Source of the DNA: Utricularia gibba | Lineage: Eukaryota; Plantae; Magnoliophyta | Reading direction: 5' to 3' | NCBI GenBank assembly: GCA_002189035.1 | Contig: NEEC01000089.1 | Span: 1-35,972, forward strand | Length of the DNA stretch: 35,972 nt | Part shown: piece by piece, positions 12,179 through 23,494 of the stretch | Numbering within the stretch: the stretch's first letter is position 1 | How the letters are laid out: every line of letters begins with the position of its first letter | Notes under the pieces: model-generated | Databases searched by the model: none | What the model saw: only the letters and a program-made list of their open reading frames with translations | What the model was told of the DNA's origin: nothing | Position numbers and translations under genes: made by a program

Positions 12179-12282
12179 CCCGACACAACTTTATAGGGCA
12201 CGTGGTTCAAAAATATAACAAGCTCCTTTCTTTCCTTATCTCGTGACCCGACACAACTTCATAGGGCACGTGGTTCAAAAAT
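12179..12282. repeat. Direct repeat, 2 x 36 bp, each copy with a G-box (CACGTG)
   Basis: cccgacacaact(t/c)atagggcacgtggttcaaaaat at 12179-12214 and 12247-12282 (one mismatch). Confidence 0.8.
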
Positions 12283-13535
12283 GCATAACGTATTAATACA
12301 AAAATTGAGAATTAAAAAAAATTAAATATGCGGTAAAATTTGATGGAATTATTTGAAATTTAGATATCATTACTATAATGTAGTGTGTTATCAACGTGAG
12401 AGATGCTTTATATCAAGATTCCATTATTTAGTGTTTGAAAATGAATTGGGTCCCACCAATAAAAAATAGTGAGCCGCCACAAAATATGTGGCGCCCAAGA
12501 TAGTTAGACTGGGCCCATTCAGGGACAGAGAGCGTGAGCCTGGCCCAGTCCTTGGTTTGTCGCGTGATGCATTCGAATCGAGAAATATGTGATTTCATTA
12601 TAAAAAGGAAAAATATGTATTTATAAATAATTCACTATTAATAGCTCAGAAAATTATTTTTTTAAAGTTTCTATTCTGTACAGAAATTTATATTCTTATT
12701 TGTATTCAAGAAAGTATTAGTATTTGTTTTATATTTTTTAATAAACTGTATAATGATGTGGGTTTATATAGGCGTAGGGTGAAGTATAAAAATGGCCACT
12801 GTCTCGTTTACTTATTAGAAAAGTGGCCGTAGTGTAGTTTTCATTATAAAAATTGCCATCATCTTTGGAATTAAATAAAGAAAAAAATGTATATGATTAT
12901 ATGCTGTATTCTATGAAATAAATAAATGTTTTCACTTTCAAAAAATAATAAATAATTTAAATTAAAAACATAATTCAAATAATTTTATATCAATCATTAT
13001 CTTTCAATAGTTTTTCAAATGGAATATCTAAGTATAAAATTGTCAGAATCATGATTCTTCACATTTTAATTCATTTTTAAAAGTGGATTTTTTTGAAAAG
13101 TTTATATCATTTTGGATAAATTTATAATAAAAACTTAAAATAACAATTATTTAAAAAACATGATTTAATTTAGATTTATATTTAGTCATATATTAAGGAA
13201 ACTTACATGCATTAAAAAATTTAAAATGTGACTTTCTAATTTATATACATACAGTATAAAAAATTTTAGATATTTAAATATTTTTGTTAATAATTGAAAC
13301 ACTTGAAAAGATTCTATTGTCTGAAATTTAGTAATTATTAATAAACTGAATGAATATTATTATGTAATTATTTTAACTATAATAAGTTTAAATATAATAT
13401 ATACGTATATGTTATTTTTAAAAAAAATAAAAAATCATATATATACATATTGACATATATTGTATCTATTTTTAAAATTGAAATGACCAATTTTATAAGA
13501 AAAAACACACACTGCGTGCTTTTTCTAATTAACTC

Positions 13536-13820
13536 AATCCTTAAGCGACGTTTCAGAATCGTTTGGAGACCTATTGGCTACGCCCGATACTGAAAAGCCG
13601 TTTGTCGTCTCTCTATGCCCCTTGCTGTCATCGCATGTACTCATTCGCATACTTTTCAAAATGTGTGTTCTCTGACTGGTGATCCTGACGGATTGGAGGG
13701 CCACGGCGGCGGATCGGAAAAGAGCAACACGACGGAAGCTGCAACCCATCTCGTAACCTGCCAACCTGCTTCTCTACTTTGTGGAACATAAAGAGCAGGA
13801 GAGACTAACGTTTATGAGTC
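13536..13820. repeat. Duplicated intergenic island II, copy 1 (also about 17768-18200, 21483-21930, 27525-27870)
   Basis: Shared blocks such as aatactgaaaagccgtttgtc and ggaaaagagcaacacgacggaagctgc recur once per duplication unit. Boundaries are approximate. Confidence 0.75.
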
Positions 13821-15526
13821 ACGATTCTACGCTCACGGGTCGACATGGAAACCTCGACATGGTGAGTTAGGGTTGATGAGTTGAAGCCTTTGACTCGATA
13901 CTAACTCTAATTGATCCATTTTATTTAATTAAAAAATAGCTTTTAAATTAAAAAAATCATATAAAATCATCATAAAAAAGAAATATAAAATATAAATTTA
14001 AGTCTTATATGATTTTAAATTTTCTATCCTTATTATTCCAGGGTTAGATTGGTAATGTAAAATATCCATGGAGTTAAAAACTTTTTTTGGTTAGTTATAT
14101 TCAAAAAAATAAAAAAGGCAAAACAAAATAAAGATAAATTTATTGAGTTTTTGAGGAGGATGCTTCATCATTCTCATTCACAAAGAAATTTCGTAATCTT
14201 CGATCCTCAGCAAACCAGTGTTTTGGACAAATACAAGCTTCTAGGGTTTCAAAACAATTAATAGACACAAAACAAAAAAAATTAAGAAAAATAGAATCGA
14301 AAAAGAAAAAGAAGAGAATAATGGTTGACAGTTTCAGAATCAAAGGTTCAAATAAGAAACTGTAGTTGTTGTTTATGATCGTTTAACCAAGAGTGAAAAA
14401 TCACTAACTAAGTTTAATGAAGAATTAGGTTTAACCACTGGCTCATTAGTCGAAACCCTAATTTTTTGTGAAAAAATTAAATGAACCTTAATATAGGACC
14501 AACTCCCCGAGTCGACCCTAAATCGTGTTTCTCAACTAGGTATAACTAATTGTAGTTATAAAAACCGATTTTCGATATCATCAAGTTTGTATTTTAATTT
14601 TACCAAAAATTGAAAAAAAAATAGAATTTTCAGGATAAATAATATGAATTCATAATTTATATAAGGATTTTAAATTTTTTATATAAATAATTTAAATAAC
14701 ATTAAAATATATATTAATGTTTATTAATTTTTTAAAATATTGTATTCATTATATGGTAGGTCCATGAGTGGATACCGTCAGCCCAACTCAATAAATAATC
14801 TGGTTAAAGCCATATTAATTATTTTTTTATGTAATCATACTTTAGCATGATCCTAATTTAAAACTTGGCGAAGACCCATTGATATAGAATCGGGCCGGCC
14901 TGGCCCAACTTTCGTTTCTAAAACCTAGAGATCTCATTTTTACAAATTATTTTTGTTGAAATTAAGAATTCAACCATTTTGTACACTATAAACCTAAATA
15001 CATAAGAAGCAGAAGCGTATATCATATTATAAAAGATTTGATCCAATCAATTAATATTAATCTACAATTTAGTATACACTTGATTATTTAATTTTTCAAG
15101 TTAAGATACATAATTATTTGTTCTAATAATTTCCAATGATTTCAACCTTTATGACCTGCCCCCACCCATTGTGAAACAATTGACTCTCTCTTTTCCTTTA
15201 TGTGTTTCGATGGGGGATCTCAACCCTAGAATTAGGGATTTGGTTGTGAAATTAAGATATTCATTTCGAAATCTTAAATACATAGGCATCGGGTGAATCC
15301 CTGCAGCCCTAAGGGAGATCAGTAGATACCAAAAGCAAGCATTGATATTGATTAACACATATATTACAAGATGACAAGATGACCAGATGACCTGGTTTCC
15401 ACGTTGGAATCCAGCTGAAACACAAAGCAAGAGCCACACCACATGGTTTCCTTCCAACACATACAACGAAGGAAACCACTCTTATTCTGACCGAGACGGT
15501 CTCCATACTTTCACTTCTTCCCCTGC

Positions 15527-16727
15527 TCAGTCTGCAATGACCCACATCAGATCGTTCTCGAAGATCCAGTGGCAGACCTCGATCTTCCCGGGACTAGACC
15601 CCAACTCCGCGAACGCAGAGTGGTCGGCGCTCCAGGAAGAGGTATCCTCGTGACAGATGGCCACCGCATGGTTGATCTTGGACTTGGTTTTTGCATCCAG
15701 GATATCGGCTTCATAGAGGCGGATGCCGTTCACGGAGTGGCAGTAGTAGAGTAAGTAGGGATACAGGCGCTGGTGGCACGAAACGGACTTGGTCAATCTC
15801 CCGCCATTGATGGCTTTCACATCACCCAGCAAGGCAGTGGTGTTGGATCCGGCCTTGGTGTCCATTGTACGGGCGACCACCTTCTGGCCCAGCACCTGCG
15901 TGGCGAAGTCCACCATGTCTTCGATCGACGCCACGCACCGCTTCGTCTCGCCCACGTTGGGTTCCTGCTCGCAGTCGTCGAGTGCGTCGGTGAACATTTG
16001 GGTCCTGCTTGGGTGATCTCCGGCGTGGAAGATCTTCTTGATATCGGCCAGTTTGGAGGAGGCGAAGGGCAGCTTTGAGACGATGGTGCGCGGCAAGAAC
16101 GACCTGGCGGGGTTCTTGTCGGTGAAGTCGGGCATGGTTATCAGGACGCCGGGCTTCAGCGTCGTTTCCCTGAAGAACATCCCGGGGGGAAGCCAATTGG
16201 TAACCTTTTCATTCTCGCCCAGGCCCTTGATGAAGCGGCACGAACGACCAAAGAATCTATAATAAAATTGATACGAGAAGCAGCGGCGACGTTGGTCCAA
16301 CGTCTTCTCGGTGTCGCTGTCGGCGGAATTAGGTAAGCACATAATGTTGGCCTGTGAACACAGCTCCGGCATGTGCGCCGACAGGGCGTTCTGATCGTCG
16401 GCGATCTTGTTGAAGGCGGCGTATTGGGCGGCGGTGAGCGGGGACGCCTTATCCATCAGAAACTCGGACTTGGGTAGACCGCTGGTGACGTGCTTCTCCC
16501 AGTAGCTCAGGGCATAAGCTTTGGGCGTCAACGGGTTCTCAACTCCGATAACCCCGACCACCTTCAATCGTTAAATACAGAATAATGCTTGGGTTTTGGG
16601 GAAGCCGCAGTAAAGGAAAAAGATTTCTTACATTGGAGACCAGAACGGAGGCGAGAATGCACAGCCACGTGAGCCGGTGTTGAAGCGGCTGAGGAGAAGT
16701 GGCGGCGGCCGCGGATATGGGAGACAT
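15527..16727 (-). CDS. BURP copy C, 376 aa; exons 16727-16632, 16561-15527
   Basis: 96-bp signal exon plus a 1035-bp exon in one ORF. Core RRRCFSYQFYYRFFGRSCRFIK; four CH motifs intact. Confidence 0.9.
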
Positions 16728-16793
16728 CGCCGACTGAAAAGGAGAGGGGGAACCGAGTGAGGATGCAGGATTAGAGTAGAAGAAGCACCTTCC

Positions 16794-16799
16794 TTTATA
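16794..16799 (-). promoter_or_regulatory. TATA box of BURP copy C
   Basis: TATAAA about 67 bp upstream of the ATG, conserved in copies D and E. Confidence 0.55.
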
Positions 16800-16959
16800 G
16801 GCAAATGGCGGCGGCTGAGTGCATTGCATGGAGAAATGGACATGTGATTGATAATCCATAAATTGTCCAACTAAATCAAGAACCAATATGCACAAAAGAC
16901 GATCATTTGGAAGTCAACATCCGATGGCCAACACTTTTGGGAATCTTTACATTAAAACC

Positions 16960-17320
16960 ATAGGGATTGTGCGTGGTTCTGAAGTGCTGCTGTTTATCAT
17001 TAACATCAGGTTCCAATCAAGCGAAGACCCGGTCATGGAAATGTCCAAATGGCTGCTCCCCACACGCCACCACCTTGTAGCTGGCTGTCTGTAGACTGAG
17101 TCCACATGAATTGGAGGATCTGTGAGGATAAGGCAAGTGGAATGCCATGCCACCATTATTGAACTGGGATCTGTGCGGATAAGGCAAGTCTTTCTACGAC
17201 GCTGAGGCAAGACTTCCAGCAACTGCATCAGTTGAAGGTGGATCATTTCTGCTTTTTTAAGTTGGAACTCAACCCCAATATCCGATGGATCGGATGAGCT
17301 CAAGGTTAAGCACACAAAAA
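16960..17320. repeat. Duplicated intergenic island I, copy 1 (also about 20940-21290, 26545-26870)
   Basis: Shared blocks ggttctgaagtgctg, gcgaagac...ggaaatgtcca, ccattattgaactggg and gcaactgcatcagttgaaggtggat. Boundaries are approximate. Confidence 0.75.
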
Positions 17321-17767
17321 ACTTGTATCACAATCAAAAAAATTAGGTCAAACTTATTAATATTAATATGTAATTTCTTGTATAATTAATTATTTTATTT
17401 TTCAAATTCTATGGTATTGCTTTTTCTAATAAACACCCTCAAGTCAAAGTAATTTTCAATGCGGTGAATACTTGTTTTTTTTATTGTACGTAGTGCCCAA
17501 ATCATGAATTGATCTAATTTTTATCAATTAATTATAATGTATCTTTTTATTTTTTTTAGCAGAACTGAGATCAACACAAAACCCATTTTGATCATCTAAT
17601 GTAAAACAAACATTTTGATATGAAATTTAAGATGTGATGAATCGTACTTAAAAAAAATATGAATCATATTAAAAAAAGATTAAATCAAATCGATTATTAG
17701 TGATATTAAATGTTTTAAATATTTAAATATTTTATTTTATTTAGTATTACTTATTATAAATACAAAT

Positions 17768-18200
17768 TAAACCAGTGGGTTGGTTTCCTTACAGTGCCTC
17801 TTGGGGCACCCCCTTCTGCAAACTCTGCTCCTGGCCATGGAACGAGTTGGATCTGCTGCAGGTGCCAATGCTTCTCCGACGTTGTAGAATCGTTTCGATA
17901 CCTATTGGCTGTACCCAATACTGAAAAGCCGTTTGTCCTGTGTGCATACCCCTTGTTATCATGACATGAACTCATTCACATATATTTCAAAATGTGTATT
18001 CGCTGATTGCTGAGGGCCCTGGCGGCTGATCGGAAAAGAACAACACGACGGAAGCTGCATTCCCATCTCGTAACCGGCCAAACTGCTTCTCCCTCAGTGG
18101 AGCATACCGAGTAGGAGATACCTACGCTTCTGATGTGCATAGCCCAACCACACCAGCTGGATTTTCAATTTGTTTATTTGTCATGTGACCGTGCCTATCT
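17768..18200. repeat. Intergenic island II, copy 2
   Basis: Closely similar to 21483-21930, with flanking AT-rich DNA also aligned. Confidence 0.8.
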
Positions 18201-18944
18201 GCTGTAGTTTTTTTTAAAAAAAAATCAATCAATTTTGAAAATTATTTAAAACATTATTTCCATTTTCAAAATACTTCAACTTTTGAAAGTTATATACTCC
18301 TATTCTATTAATTAAAATTCATCATTTCAATTTCGATAGAAATAAATTATGTTTTTAAAAACATATATTTCATTCTCAAATTTCGAAAAACTTAAATTTA
18401 AATAATTAAGTGTTTTTATGAAATTCATAGTTTTAAATATATATTAGAAATATATTTTAAAAAAATTAACTTTGTGTTATAGGCAATTGTCAAACCAATT
18501 TATCGCCACTCATTCATTTTGTTTATTGATTGAACATTTTTATTTTAATTTCACCAAAAATTAAAAAATAATCCTTGAATTTAATTTATAAAAACTTGTG
18601 ATCACCCTATGCTTGGCACTTTGCAATTGTTTAATGAGTTTTAAATACATTCGATTAATTTTTTACATATATGATGCGTAATTTTTTCACATAGTTAACA
18701 GACGATGACTACTTTTTCTAATTTATTCGATTATTTCATTAGGGTGCCAAGACAAGCCTTGGTGTATATTATGTTGTGTAGATGGGTGTGACCGGAAGCA
18801 AGCATTGATACTAATTCACACGTTCGAATCCAACCGAAACAGAAAGCAAGCGCCACACCACATGGTTTCCTTCCGACGCATACAACGAAGGAAACCACTC
18901 TTATTTACTTTCTTGCACCCTATTCTTTCATCTTCTCCCCCTGC

Positions 18945-20154
18945 TCAGTCTGCAATGACCCACATCAGATCGTTCTCGAAGATCCAGTGGCAGGCCTCGA
19001 TCTTGCCGGGACTGGACCCCAACGCCACGAACGCCGAGTGGTCGGCGCTCCAGGAAGAGGTATCCTCGTGACAGATGGCCACCGCATGGTTGATCTTGGA
19101 CTTGGTTTTTGCATCCAGGATATCGGCTTCATAGAGGCGGATGCCGTTCACGGAGTGGCAGTAGTAGAGTAAGTAGGGATACAGGCGCTGGTGGCACGAA
19201 ACGGACTTGGTCAATCTCCCGCCATTGATGGCTTTCACATCACCCAGCAAGGCAGTGGTGTTGGATCCGGCCTTGGTGTCCATTGTACGGGCGACCACCT
19301 TCTGGCCCAGCACCTGCGTGGCGAAGTCCACCATGTCTTCGATCGACGCCACGCACCGCTTCGTCTCGCCCACGTTGGGTTCCCGCTCGCAGTCGTCGAG
19401 TGCATCGGTGAACATTTGGGACATGCTTGGGTGATCTCCGGCGTGGAAGATCTTCTTGATATCGGCCAGTTTGGAGGAGGCGAAGGGCAGCTTTGAGACG
19501 ATGGCACGCGGCAAGAATGACGTTGCGGGGTTCTTGTCGGTGAAGTCGGGCATGGTTATCAGGACGCCGGGCTTCAGCGTCGCTTCCCTGAAGAACATCC
19601 CGGGGGGAACCCAATTGGTAACCTCTTCATTCTCGCCCAGGCCCTTCTTGATGCCGCACTTAGGACGACCCCTGAATCTATAATAAAATTTATACGTGAA
19701 GCAGTAGCGGCTGAAAAACTTGTCAGTAGTGTTCTCAGTGACGCTGTCGGCGGAATTAGGGAAGCACATAAGGTTGGCCTGTGCACAGAGGTCCGGCATG
19801 TGGGCCGACAGGGCGTTCTGATCGTCGGCGATCTTGTTGAAGGCGGCGTATTGGGCGGCGGTGAGCGGGGACGCCTTATCCATCAGAAACTCGGACTTGG
19901 GTAGACCGCTGGTGACGTGCTTCTCCCAGTAGCTCAGGGCATAAGCTTTGGGCGTCAACGGGTTCTCAACTCCGATAACCCCGACCACCTTCAATCGTTA
20001 AATACAGAATAATGCTTGGGTTTTGGGGAAGCCGCAGTAAAGGAAAAAGATTTCTTACATTGGAGACCAGAACGGAGGCGAAGACGAACAACCACGTGAG
20101 CCGGTGGTGGAGCGGCTGAGGAGAAGTGGCGCCGGCCGAGGATATGGCAGACAT
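18945..20154 (-). CDS. BURP copy D, 379 aa; exons 20154-20059, 19988-18945
   Basis: Nearly identical to copy C outside the core. Core FFSRYCFTYKFYYRFRGRPKCGIKK; four CH motifs intact. Confidence 0.9.
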
Positions 20155-20219
20155 GGCCGATTGTAGAGAAGAGAAGAGGAACCAAGTGAGGATGCAGGAA
20201 TTGAAACGAAGCACCTTCC

Positions 20220-20225
20220 TTTATA
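20220..20225 (-). promoter_or_regulatory. TATA box of BURP copy D
   Basis: TATAAA about 66 bp upstream of the ATG. Confidence 0.55.
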
Positions 20226-20939
20226 GTATCATTGGGCAGGCAGTGGCGGCTGCTGCGTGCATTGCATGGGGAAATGGACATGTGATTGATTACCCATAAA
20301 TTATCGAAGAAAATCAAGAAATTGAAGATGCAAAAATCGTGAACCATGTTCGGCAATATGCACAAGAGGATCATTTTGAAGGCAACATCCGATGGCTAAC
20401 ACTTTTTGTGAATATTTATTGTATATATTAAGTCCAAATAATCAATAAATATAAAGTATATTAAAAAATATTATACACAATCAATTAATATTAATATTTT
20501 TTATATAATTAATTATTTTAATTTTAATTCACTATTTGAAATTGATTGTTTTAATAGTTATCCTAGAATCAAGTTAGTTTTTAATTCGATTAAAACTTTT
20601 TTTGTGTGTAATTGTAAATAATGTTCAATTTATAAATCGATCTAATTTTTATCATCTAAGTTTAATACATCTTTTTTTTAATTGAAATTCAGATCAATAT
20701 AAAATTCATCTTGACTATTCAAGTTGTGTTCCAAGACAAATGTTTTGATAGTATGTTAAAATCTAGTATCCGATACATTGAGCGAACATACATAAAGGTA
20801 AAATATATAATACATGTGAATCATATTAAAAAAAATTATGTACAATCGATTACTAAGGATTGATAATATTTTTTTATATTTAAATATTTGAATTTCAAGT
20901 ACCTATGTTAGATTTTTTGTTTTAATAACAACCATTCAA

Positions 20940-21290
20940 CTTGGGGAGTGTACGTGGTTCTGAAGTGCTGGTGATTATCACCAACATCAAGTTCCATTCA
21001 AGCGAAGACCCAGTCATGGAAATGTCCAAATGGCTGCTCCCCACGCGCCACCTTGTAGCTGAATGTATGTAGACTGAGTCCACGTGAATGGCTAAGGCAA
21101 GTGGAATGCCATGCCACCATTATTGAACTGGGGTTCCTTTCCTTGGTGCATCAAACAGCCTTCTCAGCACGTTAACGCAAGAGTTCCAGCAACTGCATCA
21201 GTTGAAGGTGGATCACGTCTTCTTCTTTTTTTGTTGTTAGTTAAGTTCGATGCATGTTGTTAGTTAACTTGGAACTCAACCCTAGTGACG
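20940..21290. repeat. Intergenic island I, copy 2
   Basis: Aligns by eye to 16960-17320. Confidence 0.75.
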
Positions 21291-21482
21291 AGGATACACA
21301 TGTTGAAATTAAACATATAATGAGTGAACAAGAATGCATGAAATACAAGTATACAATAAATATTAAAAATATTAAAAAAATTATGATTAATTATTTACTA
21401 GTAATTTTTAATTTTTTATATATTTGATTATTTTAATTTCAAATTAAGACGTGATATTATTTACTCTAATATTAATCAGATA

Positions 21483-21930
21483 CAACCAGCGGGTTGGTTT
21501 CCTCTAGAGTCCCTCTTGGGGCAACCCCTCCTGCAAACTCCGTTGCAGGCCATGGAACGAGTTGGATCTGCTGTAAATGCCAATGCTTATCCGACGTTGT
21601 AGAATCGTTTCGAGACCCATTGGCTATAGCCAATACTGAAAAGCTGTTTGTCCTGGGCGCACATCCCTTGTTTTCATGACATGAACTATTCACATATATT
21701 TCAAAATGTGCATTCGTTGATTGCTGAGGGCCCTGGCGGCTGATCGGAAAAGAACAACACGACGGAAGCTGCATTCCCATCTCGTAACCGGCCAACCTGC
21801 TTCTCTTCTCAGTGGAGCATACAGAGTAGGAGATACCTACGTTTCTGATGTGCATAGCCCAACCACACCAGCTGGATTTGCAATTTCTTTGTTTGTCATG
21901 TAACTTGTGACCGTGCTTATCTGCTCTAGT
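21483..21930. repeat. Intergenic island II, copy 3
   Basis: Aligns by eye to 17768-18200; the offset of about 3.7 kb defines the duplication unit. Confidence 0.8.
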
Positions 21931-23494
21931 TGCAACAAAAGAAGAAAAAAATCAATTTTGAAAATTATTTAAAATATTATTTCAACTTTTTAAAATTATA
22001 TACCCTATTCTATTAATGAAAATTCATCATTTCAATTTCAATAGAAAAAAATATGATTTCACAAAAAATTAACATATAATTCATTCTCAAATTTCGAAAA
22101 AATTAAATTTGCCTTATAAGCAATTGGCAAACAAATTTATTGCCACTCATTTATTTTGTTTCATGAATTAAAAATTATATTTTAATTTCACAAAACATAA
22201 AAAAGAATAATCTGTGTATTTTAATTTATAAAAACTTGTGATCACCCTATGCTTGGTGCTAACCACTCTTTTAAATAATATATCTTTCATTTTATAATTA
22301 CACCTTTATCATCCACTTTGAAATTGTTTAATGAGTTTTAAATACATTCAATTTGATTATTTTAAATTAAGAAAAAGAAAAAAATGAAATAGTAAAATAA
22401 TGAAAAAATGATTGTTGGGAATAAAAAAAAATTCCTTCATGTTCATGAATTGAGAATAATTTTCTTTTTTGGTATCCCAATTTATAATTGTAATATTTTC
22501 TATTATCTATTTAAATTAGTAGTTATCTTGAATGTTTGATCTGTGGTGATTCCAATGGTTCCAAAAGGGTCCACATGCCATTTGAACATAAAGGAACTCT
22601 TATCATTTCCTCAGTTATATATTTATATTTGATTCTTTTTTATCAATAATTTTTTTCAATAAAGAACTAGATATATCAAACTACATAGTTATAAAGTTTA
22701 CAAATAACTTATCTTATACAATTTTTTAAAGTATGTAATGGATTAGTTATTTATTCGTGCCAATTCCGTTCATCGAGATACATGTAGCTGAATATTTATA
22801 TTTGATATATTTGACAACAATCATTAAAAATTGATTTTAATAAAATAAAAAATAGGTCTTTATGACGTGTGTGTTTAAATTTCTATGAAGTCATTTATGT
22901 TTGATAATAAAACTGATTTTAAAATATTTAAAAAAGTACTAACTATTTCTAATATAGGTATGCCCTATTGTGTGTTGCCTGACATTGTGAAGCAATTGAC
23001 TCTCTTTTTCTTTTTTTTAGGATGGCATATCGAAACCCTAAAATTAGGGATTTGATTGTAAAATTGGGAGGTTTATAACCAAATTTAGGGTGTATATATA
23101 GTGGCTGGCCGTAAGGAACATCCATATGTACATGTAGTGGCCATTAAGGGACTTTCCGCACTTATAAAAGTAATCATCCTAATTTTCAATCACACATATT
23201 ACGATTAATTTTTTTATATATATGATGGGTAACTTTTTCACATAGTTAATAGATGATGACTACTTTTTAAATTTATTTGATTATTTCATTAGGAGGCCAA
23301 GACATGCCATGGTGTATATTATGTTGTGTAGATGGGTGTAACCGAAAGCAGCATTGATACTAATTCACACGTTCAAATCCAACTGAAACAGAAAGCAAGC
23401 GCCACACCACATGGTTTCCTTCCGATGCATACAACGAAGGAAACCACTCTTATTCTGACCGGGACGGTCTCCATACTTTCTCTTCTTCCCCTGC

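Noticed and set aside
12785-12860. Mutator-like terminal motifs (aaaatggccactgt, ttagaaaagtggcc), with weaker echoes near 23100-23185 and 34040-34075
   Set aside because: Similar to the 29789-29908 element, but I found no paired inverted end or TSD, so no element can be delimited.
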